From contig NC_068997.1 in the NCBI RefSeq assembly GCF_001194135.2, positions 30,431,192 to 30,495,191 on the forward strand: 64,000 bases of DNA. Direction: 5' to 3'. The position numbers and the translations under genes were made by a program. The notes below the pieces were generated by a model. That model had not been told where the DNA came from. It saw only the letters and a program-made list of their open reading frames with translations, and made no database searches. Source of the DNA: Octopus bimaculoides (Eukaryota). Below, one piece after another: positions 1 through 14,000 of this stretch (the first letter of the stretch is position 1; each line of letters starts with the position of its first letter).

Positions 1-599
1 TGAAGAAAAGAAAGAAAAAGAAAAACAAAGAACTCTTGTTAATTGTGACGTTAAATAGTGGAAAAGAAAATAGAGAACTTTGTTGTTACATGTTTTAAAA
101 GAAAAGAAAAACAAAGAAGCAAAAGAACTTTTAAATGACTCTTGATACACAAACTTTGCTATGTAAAAATGATTGAAAAACTTTGTAATTGTTTGGAAAC
201 TTTGTTGTTAAATGTTATTGAATGTTTTGTTTTGTTTTGAAAAAAAGGTAGTTTGACTACGCAACGTATTGTCTGTGTTATTTCTTCTTTTTGTTGTCAT
301 TGTTACGTGCTCCGCGGGCTTAGTGGCTGACATCCTGATTCACTGAACGTCGTCATCGCACGCGCGAGTTTTCTCGCCGAAGGTCTCGCGCAGGCGTTCG
401 TAACAATATGTATGTATCTATGTATGCAAATGAATATTTGCATATGTGGATGTGTATGTTAAAAATATATATTACATATAAATATATGTATATGTATGCG
501 TCTATGTATAAATATAAAACACTCATACATACATATATAAAATTTGACAATAACCTCAACATATTGTATAAGTTGCAATTACTTATGTACTGCTTGGGT

Positions 600-1600
600 A
601 AATAATCTATAATTGAATGGTCTGTCTAAATGCGTTAATAGAATACGAAAGTCTATGATTTATAATGTATAATATATAGAACATATATAATGTATAGAAT
701 ATGACATATAACGTGACCCACACCCTAGGGTGGTCGGGATTTATCCAATTTTTTTATGCGTACATTGGTACTTTTACATCGCACTAAAATCAATATTCAA
801 GAACAAACACACATATATGCAGGACACTGTACAAGTAGTTTTAATGTTCCTTTTAAACAGTATAGCAGGACCATTAGGTAATTCCGTGGTGTATCTTCAA
901 AGAGTGTATCACAGGATGTTTTCAGTTAGGGGAATTTAAGTTATCTAACTATTAAGTTTTTTGTAATAGATGTCTTATAATGATATACTGTTCCTATCGT
1001 ATTGTGAAAATGTACGTTTGTTTGTAGGCAAACAACTGATCAATCACTCCAAAAACCTATTAATAACCCTTTCCTTGATCAACAATATGCATAATGATTC
1101 CTTGGAACATAGTTGGAGTTTCCTGGAAAGAGTGTTATATGAATTAGGTTGTCTCATTATTGACCAAGTCAAGTCTTATTTAATCTTTTCATCTTTCAGT
1201 TTACAGACAAAACCTGTCAAAGATGTCGAATATCACATGTTTAATCTTACGAAGCTGGCAATGTGGTTTCTATAGTGTTTCATGAAAATGTCTGCAGATG
1301 CACCAATGTATGGGCCCCCTCTGGCTTTCACGATGCATTTGTATATTACATTGCAACTCGTACAAAAGTTCTGCAGAGGACATTTTGTTTTATCCATGTA
1401 TGAGCTTTTGTTACTGTCTGTCGTCTCTCAGTGTGAACTGCCTGTTGCCTTTGCTCCTATTTTAGGTCCGGGTTCACTGCTTCAGCTCTTGTTATTATTT
1501 TTTCCAGATTGGTTGGAAGTGTTCATTGTATTAGTGTGACTATTCCTGATGTAGATCCAAGTGACTCTTATATCATAACTGTGGATGACATCAGGTAGCC
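600..1600 (-). mobile_element. Penelope-like element 3' remnant (GIY-YIG endonuclease), degenerate
   Basis: Minus-strand frames with stops and frameshifts read KTKCPLQNFCTSCNVIYKCIVKARGGP/YIG...HIASF...LKDEKI...TWSIMRQPNSYN...LC, matching the PLE GIY-YIG C-terminus. Confidence 0.7.
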
Positions 1601-1649
1601 TAAATGGTGAAAGTGCTTGAATCAGCATACTACTAACCACATGCCCAAG

Positions 1650-1955
1650 GTCCAAATACTTACCTTGAGAAGAAGTTTCAAGTGTAGAAGCAAGGTCTAG
1701 AAACTGAGAAAAAACATTGCAGATGTGTGTGCAGCTCTGAGTAGAAATCATTGAATCACCATCTGTGAGTTATCAGAGGATGTGCAGATTAATTGCAGTT
1801 CAGTTCAGTCCATTATTACAGAAGATTTGGGTGTGAGTTGCATGCCTGCCAAATTTGCTTGCAGAACTGCTATCAGCTGACCAGAAAGACACTTGGATTT
1901 CAGTTGCACAAGATCTTGATTATGTTAAGAATGATGAAAACATTTTGAAAACTGT
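1650..1955 (+). mobile_element. Mariner/Tc1 transposase fragment
   Basis: Degenerate translation ...TICELSEDVQI..SSVQSIITEDLG...PAKF..ELLSADQKDTWISVAQDL.DYVKNDENILKT; typical mariner HTH-linker region. Confidence 0.7.
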
Positions 1956-2283
1956 GCATAGGCCTCTCAGCAGGTATTGCCAAGATATTGGCAAAATTTG
2001 ATGCAGATTCTCCACTCAACTGTCATGGTGAATGCAATGATCACACATTACACACCTTCCTTCCAAGCACTGCTGTAAACAGCGGAAGTGAGCTAGAATG
2101 TTAAAACTTAACACACATGCAGAGCAGAGTGTAAAGTCAATTGGTGCCAGGCGGCTTCACTCTGCTTGCCTTAGCTTCGTTACTATGGCAACAGAATGGA
2201 TACTTATTGATCAGAACATGTATAAACATGTACATGCTACATGTAATGTGTAATAAATATAAACCACTGATACATATAAACTA

Positions 2284-3516
2284 TTAGGTTGTCTGGAAAG
2301 TTCTGAACATTTTTAAGCTAAATGTTTTAATGCTTCATTGAACATGCCTGAAACGTAACACAATTAAAACATAGGCATTTCTTGAAGTGGTAGTACATCT
2401 TTTCTTTGATCCTGACTAAAAATAGTTATATTTCATTCTGGTTACCTTTTATTGACATTTGAAATGAATAACCAAAAATTTCATATTTGCGTTGTAATGC
2501 TAGTCTTTTTTTAAAGAAAGGAGAAAATGCTGCAAAGGCTTGCAAAAACATTTATGAAGTTTATGGTGATGATGCTGTAGGTGAATCAACTGTTCAAAGG
2601 CAGATTGCAAAATTTAAAGCTGGTGAGTTTAGCTTGGGAGATGACAGTCACAGTGGAAGACCTTCAAAATTGGATGAAGATGTTTTGAAGGCAAAAATAA
2701 CTAGAGAATTAACAGAGGAGTTGTAAATTTCTAAAAGTATGGCTCATGAACACCCAATGAAGCTAAGATAGATTTCTTGCTATAATATATTGGTCCCTCA
2801 CAAACTCTCAGAAAAGATTTGCATGGACCAGTATTCTTTTGGTGATATTCTTTAGAAATGGAATAACAACATGGTTTCTTTGAAACAGCTTGTAACTGGA
2901 GATGAGAAATGGATTGCCTATGAAAATGTAGTGCGAAGAAGATCCTGTAGTTTGCATAAGGATACCTCAAAACAGCAACCAAAGACAAAAAAACTATGCT
3001 TGTGTTTAGTGGGATCATAAAGGCATTATCTATTATGAGCGTCTCTCACAAAACCAGACCATTAATTCTGATGCGTACTGATGTCAGCTGGTTAATTTGA
3101 ACCCCAAAAGTCAAAGAGGTTGCCAACAAGAAAGGGATTCCAACAAAACAATACCTGACCACATGTGTCTTTGGCTACCCAAATAGAATTACATGAACTT
3201 AGCTGGGATCGCTTACCCCATCCACCATATTATACTGATATTGTGCCATTTTGCTACAACTTGGTTTTGTCTCTGCAGAACTCATTGAAGGAAAAACATT
3301 TAACAATTTAGATGGTGTCTAAATGCATCTAGGTAACTTTTTACTTCTAATCCAGTAAAATTTATGTTGATGGAATTTTTAAATTGCCTGATAGATGGGC
3401 AAAAATCATTAAAAATAATGAAAATTATTTTATTAAATAGAATGTTTTGAAAGGTCAGCTATTTATATCCCTTTTTGCATATTAAAAAATCACTCAGAAC
3501 TTTCCAGGCAACCTAA
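2284..3516 (+). mobile_element. Full-length but inactivated mariner DNA transposon (1233 bp)
   Basis: TIRs ttaggttgtctggaaagttctga (2284-2306) and tcagaactttccaggcaacctaa (3494-3516) match 22/23, each flanked by TA. Transposase remnants: KGENAAKACKNIYEVYGDDAVGESTVQR..HSGRP, TGDEKWIAYEN, PHPPYYTDIVP. Many stops and frameshifts. Confidence 0.92.
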
Positions 3517-3545
3517 TATATGATTCATATAAGCTATATACATTT

Positions 3546-3635
3546 AAAGTATATATGTAACTGAAATCATAAAAAGTATATATGTAACTGAAATCATAAA
3601 AAGTATATATGTAACTGAAATCATAAAAAAGTATA
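3546..3635. repeat. 27-bp tandem minisatellite, about 3.3 copies
   Basis: Unit aaagtatatatgtaactgaaatcataa with period 27. Confidence 0.9.
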
Positions 3636-3654
3636 TTATGTGGTATATGTTGTG

Positions 3655-4715
3655 TTCGAGGGAATCTGATCAAGCTCAGCCAAAGTCAGTAGTGGTGTCC
3701 CACGAAGTACTGTGTTGAGCCCACTCCTCTTCATTACCTACATCAATGACATAGTAGACATCTACATTGAAAATCTTTGTAGATGATTCCAAACTCCAGA
3801 AGACCATAAATGGTATGGGAGACCAAACATACCTTCAGTTGAATCTGTTTGCTGTTGTCCAATGGGTCGAAAAGAACAATATGCTTCTAAATGAAGATAA
3901 GTTTAATTTGATCCACTTTTGAAAAAAGGATACTATGAAACTACCATATGACCTTCCCTCAGGCGACTCCCTAGTGTCATCCAACAACACCAGAGACCTT
4001 GGAGTAATTGTTGATTACAATCTAAGCTGGAGTTCCCACATAAACAACAAGGTTGACTTGGCCTGCAAGATGTGCTCCTGGATTCTGAGAACTTTCTGGT
4101 CTAGGAATGTCCACACAATCATCCTTCTCTACTCTAGTTTTGTCCAATCCCACCTTGAATACTGTTTCCCACTGTGGTCTCTTCATACGAAGCAACTCAT
4201 TAAGAAAGTGGAAGCACTCCAGAGGTCAATAACAAGAAAGATAGATTACATGACAGGCATTGACTATTGGGGAGGAGTAAAAAAACTCAATCTCTACTCT
4301 CTCCAATGCTGCCAGGAGTGCTACATGATTTGTGTGATGTGGAAAATATTCCATCAATATTGCTCAAACGATGTAGGCATCAATTTCAAAATCCACCCAA
4401 GACTTGGCCCACATGTTATCTGCCCACCACAAAACTCGAACTTAGGACACATAACAACATTATGACACAACTACTTTATCTCAACTGGTCCAGCTCTCTT
4501 TAATACCATACCAAAATATATCAAAATGGAAATGAATCCCATAAAATTCAAAACTTCACAGGACAAATTTCTTCAAAAAATCCCAGACCAACCTCCTACA
4601 CTCAGATATGGCCCCAATAATAATAACTCTTTACTAGTGTGGGCTATCATACCCCATATATGACTAAACAGCTTTACCAAGTAGTGCTATTAAGTTAGAC
4701 ATGGCCTGGGCCTAT
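3655..4715 (+). mobile_element. CR1/L2-like LINE 3' fragment (RT and C-terminus)
   Basis: SGVPRSTVLSPLLFITYIND, FVDD, TRDLGVIVDYNLSWSSHI, LYSSFVQSHLEYCFPLWS, KVEALQRSITRKI. Confidence 0.85.
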
Positions 4716-4800
4716 ATTGGCCAAAAGTTATCAAAGTTATAATATACAAATGACACACATAAGCTTTATCATATATGAGAAGATAGTTTTAATTACCTAC

Positions 4801-5026
4801 CTTCCAAATGTTGTTCGTTTTATTTATTTTTCCCATCCAAATTTTGGTCAAAAGAGACTGACAGGCATCATGAGCCATAAAATTTTCATTGTTAACATTA
4901 AATGCTATTTGCATATATGAAGAATTGTCCCATGTTTTCTGCTGTAGCAGCAGTAAATCTAATGTCTGTTTTTCATCTGCATGCAAGCATTCATCCAAAA
5001 TTCCAATGGCATGGTTTTCATAAAAT
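4801..5026 (-). CDS. TRPM: TRPM exon (MHR4 / pre-S1)
   Basis: ttttag|A TTT TAT GAA... FYENHAIGILDECLHADEKQTLDLLLLQQKTWDNSSYMQIAFNVNNENFMAHDACQSLLTKIWMGKINKTNNIWK|GTAGGT; 226 nt, phase 2 to 0. Confidence 0.95.
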
Positions 5027-8000
5027 CTAAAATTAATAGAAAATAGGTAATTGACACAACTAATATTAACATTAATATTGATTGATTGAAGAAAGACTCA
5101 AATACATACTAAGCTGCCATTATAATTTTTCATCTTTAAATGAAATAGCATATGCATACATACATATTTATATATACTCACTCAGCCTGTTCTTGAAGTT
5201 GCATACTTGTACCATAATCTTTACACTTTTCTTGTAGTGATTTGACCAAATTATTCGCAATTAGAGCAGATGGTAAAGCACCCTAGTAAAATGACAATTG
5301 TATCAAAATACTAAATGTGAGCACATTTAATCGCAATATACATAAGATAGATTAAATTAAGAGACACAAGAAAATATTTAAAAAATATTTTACTATCTAT
5401 TCACTAATTATAGCTTTTAACATTCCATACTGTATGTGTTTGTTCTGTATTTGCCCAATACTGGTATTAAGAGAGACGATTTTTAGAAATAGCACTTTGT
5501 TGTATTCAGTTTCAATTTCTGCCAAAGTTTCATATGCTCAAAGTCATACCATACCATTGCAAATGAATAGCCTTGTGCTTGTATAAAAAATACTGGTAAA
5601 TTTACTTAACCTTGATCAATATGACTTAATTTGTGAAAAGACATCAATATTTTCTGCCACCTAATTTTTTAATTTTAGTAATATAGTTTAAAAGGATTAA
5701 TAGTTAAACAATAGAAGAACTGCATATAGCTGAGTCAATAAAATGTCAGGACAGCAGCTGAAAAATTGTTAGTGGTCAAAGGCTTGACTGTTTCCGTGTT
5801 CACTTTAATCTAAATGTAAATAAACGTACAATGGTGGAGTTAAGTATGTTGTAATCTTGGAGTTCTGTGTTTAACTCCTCCTTTGAGACTGAAGAATTTA
5901 ATGAGGTGTCAGTCCAATGTTTCAACCTCATAAAAGAGTTCTGATTACCTCTGTAAATCTCAATTTTATTATTGTTCTGCTTACAGACGACAAGTGATGT
6001 CTGATATCTAATAATCACTCCTACATTAAATTAAGCTAATATCCTTTAATAACTGCCATCCTTAGCTCTTTAAATGCAGGGAAGAACAAAGCAGTAGTAG
6101 TAGCAGTTAGATAATGTATGCATACTTATAAGTGTTAGTAAATGAACTTAGTTACTCTGTATATCTATGCTTGTTGTATTAACAAAAAAATTAGGATCTC
6201 ATTTGCCACTTAAGTCAATAAAGAAATTAGATCTTCGATAAGTACAAATTCTTGTTGAAAGAAGAGGTGTATATTAAATTTAATTTAACTTATACATAAC
6301 AAATATTTGTTTTATCAACCTTAGTCAAATGGAATGCAAAGTAGAACTTCAAATTTGAAATGGACAAGGATTTAACTAGAAATTATAATAAATGTTATTC
6401 AGTGGTCAACTGACTTGGCCATCTTCTCTTACAGTATTTTCTCCTTAAAAAATGACATAAACTAGAAACTATTGAGTTTGGTGTTATACTATCTTGGTGA
6501 TCTCAACTGTCTTTGAAACAACTTCTGTCTAAAGAAGAAACTGCTTGAAATGTAAGTTATCTAACAGGTACCTTACTAGCTTCAACATCTCAGCTATCTT
6601 TCCAATAATTTCTTCCAAAGGAAGAAGCTTCCTTGACTGAGCAGTATGTAGTCTGGTGTTCTCTCAAAATAATAAATATTCAAATTAAAATTTTATGCTG
6701 TACTGTGATCCAGTAATTCCTCAGAAGAAAAGAATTAGGGCAACAAGGTAGCAGGAATGGTAAGGTGCCAAGCTAAATGTTTTACAATATTTTAGCTTCA
6801 TTACTCTCACTCAGAGTAAAAGGCAGACTGTATGACGCATGTGTACGAACAACCATGCTACATGGCAGTGAAACATGGGCTGTGACTGCTGAGGACATGC
6901 GTAAGCTCGCAAGGAATGAAGCCAGTATGCTCCGCTGGATGTGTAATGTCAATGTGCATACCCGTCAGAGTGTAAGTATCTTGAGAGAAAAGCTGAGCAT
7001 AAGAAGCATCAGTTGTGGTGTGCAAGAGAGACGATTGCGCTGGTATGGACATGTGGTGAGAATGGATGAGGATAGCTGCGTGAAAAAGTGCCACACCCTA
7101 ACAGTTGAGGGAACCCGTGGAAGAGGTANNNNNNNNNNNNNNNNNNNNNNNNNNNNNNNNNNNNNNNNNNNNNNNNNNNNNNNNNNNNNNNNNNNNNNNN
7201 NNNNNNNNNNNNNNNNNNNNNNNNNNNNNNNNNNNNNNNNNNNNNNNNNNNNNNNNNNNNNNNNNNNNNNNNNNNNNNNNNNNNNNNNNNNNNNNNNNNN
7301 NNNNNNNNNNNNNNNNNNNNNNNNNNNNNNNNNNNNNNNNNNNNNNNNNNNNNNNNNNNNNNNNNNNNNNNNNNNNNNNNNNNNNNNNNNNNNNNNNNNN
7401 NNNNNNNNNNNNNNNNNNNNNNNNNNNNNNNNNNNNNNNNNNNNNNNNNNNNNNNNNNNNNNNNNNNNNNNNNNNNNNNNNNNNNNNNNNNNNNNNNNNN
7501 NNNNNNNNNNNNNNNNNNNNNNNNNNNNNNNNNNNNNNNNNNNNNNNNNNNNNNNNNNNNNNNNNNNNNNNNNNNNNNNNNNNNNNNNNNNNNNNNNNNN
7601 NNNNNNNNNNNNNNNNNNNNNNNNNNNNNNNNNNNNNNNNNNNNNNNNNNNNNNNNNNNNNNNNGAGCGTGACCGTTGCCAGTACCGCTTAACTGGCCTT
7701 CGTAAGGTTTTCGAGCGAGATCGTTGCCAGTGCCCCTGGACTGGCTCTTGTGCAGGTTGCACATAAAAGACACCATTTTCGAGCGTGGCCGTTGCCAGTA
7801 CCGCCTGACTGGCCTTCGTGCAGGTGACACGTAAAAGCACCCACTACACTCTCTGAGTGGTTGGCGTTAGGAAGGGCATCCAGCTGTAGAAACTCTGCCA
7901 AATTAGATTGGAGCCTAGTGTTGCCATCCGGTTTCACCAGTCCTCAGTCAAATCGTCCAACCCATGCTAGCATGGAAAGCGGACGTTAAACGATGATGAT

Positions 8001-11000
8001 GATGATGATGATGATTACTTTACAGTTTGTGTTGAAGAACCATTAAGGTTGACTTTACTCCTAATAAATTAAATATCAGTAAGGCTCACATGGATGGTTA
8101 AGTGACTATACCTATTCTCTGAAAATATATGCCCTCTGTCTTGATAAATAAGTTATTTATGCAGCTCTTACAACAATGTAACTTACCATGCCTTCTTTCC
8201 AAAATAGAAAAGCCATTTCTTTTCTGTTAAAAAATAATGCCCATAGGAACAATTTTGTTGCAAAGGAAAGATTAGCTGAAATAGGAAACAGTCAAGTAAA
8301 ACATGTGATACAATTAGTTCAGATGCTAAGAAAAAAACCCCCCCAGAAAACTGAAGGAAATTGGTACAGTCGTTATCAGACTAAAGTTTTCTTCACTGTT
8401 CTGATATTTTCCAAATTCGGCAATTTTCTGGAATCATCGAATGCAAAACAAAATGAAAAAATCTGGAAAATCAACTTCAGAAATATTCGACTTAATTATT
8501 ATGATCATGTTCTACAATTTCTGTGAAGTCAATGCATTAATATTGATCTCAAATTTTGGCACAATGCCAGCAATTTCGTGGGGACAGGATAAATCAATTA
8601 CATCAATCTCAGTGATCAACAGGGACTTATTTTATCAGCCCAAAAGGATGAAAGGCAAAGTCAACCTCAGTGGAAATGCTACTAAGCATTTTGCCAAGCA
8701 TACTAACAACTATGCCTGCTTGCCTCTTTAAGTCAATGCATTACTATTAATAATAAACACTATTTATTAGATTATTACAATCTTTGAGTAGAGGAGACAG
8801 CCAATTGAATTGACTCAATTAAAAAGAAAAACAAAGATGATGCCAGAATGATATGAAATAGGAGCAATGTTAAATGCCACAAGGTATTCACTCTAGTATA
8901 GGGATGATCCTACCACTCTACCCTTACAGGAAAACAAATGGATAATGTGATGTTCATACAAAAATGTGTCATAGAGTTTAATGGCCTCAATCAAATTTTG
9001 AAATAGCACCACCATTTTACTCACTGCAGTTTTACTCCTTTTTCCACAGTACCTTCCATAATAATAATCCTTTCTACTATAGGCACAAGGCCTGAAATTT
9101 GTGGGGAGGAGGATAGTTCATTACATCGACCCCAGTATTTGACTGGTACTTAATTCATTGACCCTGAAAGGATGAAAAGCAAAGTTGACCTCAGTGGAAT
9201 TTGAACTCAGAATGTGAAGACAGACAACATACTGCTAAGCATTTAACTCAGCATGCTAATGATCCTGCCAGCTCACTGCCTTGATAATGATAATAATAAT
9301 AATAATAATAAGCTGGAAACACTACTACAGACAGTACATGGATTTACCAAAGAAATAGAAATGAAATTTGGCTTAGAAAAATGTGCCAAAGCAACCTTGA
9401 AAAGAGGAAAACTAGTTAAGAGTAGCAACATCACACTAGATAAGGCCAATAAAATAAGAGAATTAGACCAAAGCCGGACAACACACAAATGAAAGAGAAA
9501 ATAAAGAAAGAATACTATAGACGAGATAGATCAATACTGAAAACAGAGCTCAATGCTAAAAACAAGATAATAGGTATTAACACTTTAGCTGTCCCAGTTA
9601 TAAGTTACAGCTACAATATCCTTAACTGGACACTAAATGAACTAACGAAAATAGACAGGAAAACGAGAAAAATAATGATAGGATCTAAGATGCACCACCC
9701 AAAATCTGACATAGAAAGGCTATATATACAACGTATAGAACATGGTAGAGGTCTTATACAGCTGGAAAACTATTAAAAAATAACCACCATAGGACTACAA
9801 AAATACCTACTCCAGAAGCAAGGAAAACTAATACAAATAGTCACAAAACATGAGTAAAACAAAAAACTGTTTGCAGTATCTAAGGAAGCCGACAAATACA
9901 AACAAGAAATCATACTACCTAACAAATATGAAGAAGAAGAAGAAGAAGAAACAACAAAAGCTATAAAACAAATGAAATCCAAACTAAAACTAGAACAGCA
10001 ACGGACCATGATAAAACGATGGCGAGAAAAGCCCCTTCATGGCAAATACTGGGCTANNNNNNNNNNNNNNNNNNNNNNNNNNNNNNNNNNNNNNNNNNNN
10101 NNNNNNNNNNNNNNNNNNNNNNNNNNNNNNNNNNNNNNNNNNNNNNNNNNNNNNNNNNNNNNNNNNNNNNNNNNNNNNNNNNNNNNNNNNNNNNNNNNNN
10201 NNNNNNNNTGAGAAGCTCAGGACTCAAAGCAGAGACTGAAGGATTTTTAATTGCAGCACAAGACCAAAGCCTCCCCCCCAGAAATTACCAAAAACATATA
10301 ATGAAAAGAAACATAACAAGTAACTGCAGAATATATGGTGATGGACAAAAAACAATAAATCATATTATCTCTGGCTGCCCAGTCCTGGCTAAGAAGGAAT
10401 ATATTCTCAGACACGACAGAGCTGGGACCTAGATACGCTGGAAGCTATGCCAACACTATGGAATAACAACAGAAAAAAGATGGTATAGGCACACACCAGA
10501 AAAGGTCACACAAAACGAGAAAGCAACCATACTCTGGGATATTCCAATACACACAGATAGAGAAATTTAGGCCAACAGACCAGATATAGTTGTCAGAAAT
10601 CATGAAGTAAAAAATGCTTTCTAATTATGTATCAATAGCAGCAGATGACAACATTTCCCTAAAAGAAATGGAGAAACTTTCAAAATACAAAAACCTGGAA
10701 ACAGAGGTAACTCGAATGTGGAACCTAAAAGCAGAAACATTTCCAATCATAGTAGGCGCCTTGGGTATGATAAAAAAATATTCAGACAAATACATAACAA
10801 AAACACCTGGACTTACAAATATATATAACATACAGAAAATTTCACTACTGGGCACTGCACACATCCTACACAAAACACTTTCAATACAGTAACCATAAGA
10901 GCATCACAGCAAACCACAGCACATACCCAAGGCACACAGAGCTGCACTCGGTAGTGAAGTGAAAGCCCGCTATAAAAATAAGACTACTGAATAATAATAA

Positions 11001-14000
11001 TAATAATAATCCTTTCTACTCTAGGCACAAGGCTTGAAATTTGGCAGGAGGAGACTAGTTGATTACATTGACCCCAGTGTTTCACTGGTACTTAATTTAT
11101 TGATCCCAAAATAATGAAAGGCAAAGTTGATCTTGGTGGAATTTGAACTCAGAATATAATGGCAGGCAAAATTCTGCTAAGCATTTTGTCCAACATGCTA
11201 ACGATTTTGCCAGCTTACTGCCAACAACAACAACGACGATGATGATGATGATGATGGTGATGGTGATGATGATGATGATGATGGTGATGGTGATGATGAT
11301 GATGATGATGATGATGATGGCGGCGGCGGCGGCACTCAGAGAGTGCAAATGAGAATATCTGAAATAAACTCGACTGCTCTCACAAATGAGAATACTAAAA
11401 ATGAACCCGGTCGCTCTCAAAATTTAAGTGAAATAACAGGAAAAATGATTCAGAGTCCTTGTCTGGTACTGGATCAATCCCAAAATCTATTCAGTTTGTG
11501 CCAGTCACAAGGTCAAACATCCTTGAAAGTTTCATTTGAATCCATCCAGCGGTTCTGGAGATATCCTGTCCACGGAAAAACAAAAAGCACAACTGAAACA
11601 ATACCTCCACCTTCGCTAAGGCGGAAGTAATAATAATAATAATAATAAAATTAATAATGATAATACTAATAATAATGGTTTCAAATTTTGCCACAAGGGC
11701 AGTAGTTTTGTGGGAGGGGATAAGTTGATTATATTGACCCCAGTGTTCAACTAGTACTTATTTTATTGATCCTGAAAGGATGAAAGGCAAAGTCGACTGC
11801 AAAGGAATTTGAACTCAGAACGGAGAGACAGGTGAAATACCACTAAACTTTTCATCCAATGTGCAAACGATTCTGACAACTCACCGCTTTCAATAATAAT
11901 AATAATGATAATTATAATGGATACAGTTGTGAAATGTCATTATTTTAGTAGATCTGTTGAGAATGAATGGAAGCCATAGGAGAACATAGAAAAAGGATGC
12001 ATGACATTTGGATGCAGAAAGAGGGCTCAGATATTACAAAGCAGAGACTCTGTGACCAGATATTGGCGACAAAAGAACAATAATTGCTTACAAAAAATTA
12101 CCAGGCTAACTTTTTTCAAAATGCAGTTTCTGAGACACATTTGATGAAACTAATAGACAATCTCATCTCAAGATGTTCTGTGCTGACACCAAACAAATAC
12201 AAAAATACAAAAATCATCATGATTTACAGTGGAAAATATGTAAGCACTATAAAATCAGCACTCCTGCTTGCTGGTATGAATATCATCCTGGGCCAGTCAT
12301 TGAAGGTAAAAATATCACTATCCTCTGGGATTTTCCAATCAACACCAACAGAACGATCCAGGTTAATCAACCAAACATAATCATTAAAGACAGAGAAGAA
12401 AATACCTTTAGACTAATAGATGTAAATGTTCCCACTGATATGAACATATCTGTAAAGGAATAGGGCAAATTAAGTAAATATACAGACCTAGAAATTGAAA
12501 TATAGATGTGGCATCTAAAAGTAAACTCTTCCTGTTATTCTTTTCTACTCTAGGCACAGGGTCCGAAATTTTGGGGAAGGGGGCCAGTTGATTAGCAACT
12601 GGTACTTAATTTATCGACCCCAAAAGGATGAAAGGCAAAGTTGACCTCGGCAGAATTTGAACTCGGGACGTAAAGACATATGAAATACAGCTATGCATTT
12701 CACCCGGCATGCTAACATTTCTGCTAGCTCACCGCCTTAGAACTGTTCCTGCTATTATAGGTGCCCTAGGTATGATACAAAAATGGATATTTAATGATGT
12801 CTGTGTTGTATTACATGAAGATATTTTGCTACTGCCCCCGCCCCCAAGCTTTCAATCATATGAAACATCTTTCATCCTTCACTTACCCTAGGATGCTGTG
12901 TGTGTCTTAGCAAGTGACTGTAACAAACGTGCAAATTAAAAGTAAATAGTAATAATCTTGATAATAATATTAGTACTTAACCTTGTTCTTGATGGATCTC
13001 ACTCAAGAATTTACTCTGTAAAAATTCTTCACAAGTAGAGTCAACTGTGAGGTTTGTATTTTTCTGAAAAATTCAAAAGAACACCATATGTACATGTTAT
13101 CATTTCAAGCTGGTATGTTTTAAATTATAATTTATGACTAATTAGTATACTGGGCATTGGTAATAATTTAATATGCAGAAATCATTCATTCAATCTATCA
13201 ACACCCTTAGCTCTCCTTCTCTCTCATGCTCTCAAGTTGGCTACATATTTCTTGTACTATCTCTTAATCCTTCCTCTCATTATGGCTTCTTGTGCTATTC
13301 TCTGCTACTCTCACTGCTATTGTGTTCAGCCTAGGGCGAAAGTGCCCATCCATTATGTTCACTTCTGGTCATAACATATATATAAAATACCTTACTCACA
13401 TGCTCCTTGCTATTTATTTACTTATATCTGCAGCGCTAGTAATGTTTAAATTTACAATGTCCAGAATGCTTATACTTACAAAGCCACTAACCCCTACTCC
13501 TACCCCCTGGTAGGAGCAACAATCTTATCACACTTGAATGTTTCAATGATGATAGGTTAAAAGGGAGGAGAGGTGTAGCATGTTTATCAAACGAACACGA
13601 AAACCTCCTCCTTCTACTTTTCTGGCACTAAATAACATCTTCCTTTCCCATGCCTCCTTCCACATTCCTTTCTCTGTTTTTAGAGTTGACACTGTCAATG
13701 TGGGTACCTTGAAAGGTAGGTCTAGTGAGATTGTAGAGATACTTGAACGGAGATGTGTTGATGTATGCTGCATACAAGAGGTAAGGTGGAGAGGAGCTTC
13801 AACCAGGGTCCTCACAAGCAAAACACATATGTATAAAATCTTCTAGGAAGGTAACAGTGATGAAGTAGGGGTGTAGGCATACTCCTTGCAGAGAAATGGG
13901 TGGATAAGGTCATAGAGGTAGCCAGGGTATGTGATAGAGTGCTAAAGCTGAGAGTAGTCCTGCAGAATAGTATAGCCGCAATTATCTCTGCCTATGCCCC

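Noticed and set aside
5800-6018. 72-aa minus-strand ORF (TSLVVCK...) between TRPM exons, as a possible exon
   Set aside because: Neighbouring exons already join in phase 0; the available acceptors give stops in phase 0 and no compatible donor was found
7105-7840. Long ORFs of 195-397 aa here and at 49689-50670 and 57408-58727
   Set aside because: Artefacts of N gaps translated as X
10057-10208. 152-N gap inside the R4 element as possible hidden insertion
   Set aside because: The sister copy at about 48300-48345 has only about 45 bp between the same flanks; more likely a gap-size overestimate and untestable here
11097-11420. Poly-I, poly-M, poly-Y and poly-L ORFs here and at 47161, 62357, 63276
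   Set aside because: Translations of trinucleotide microsatellites
13292-13690. HDV-like ribozyme at the RTE 5' end
   Set aside because: Expected for some RTEs, but I could not assemble the nested double pseudoknot by eye
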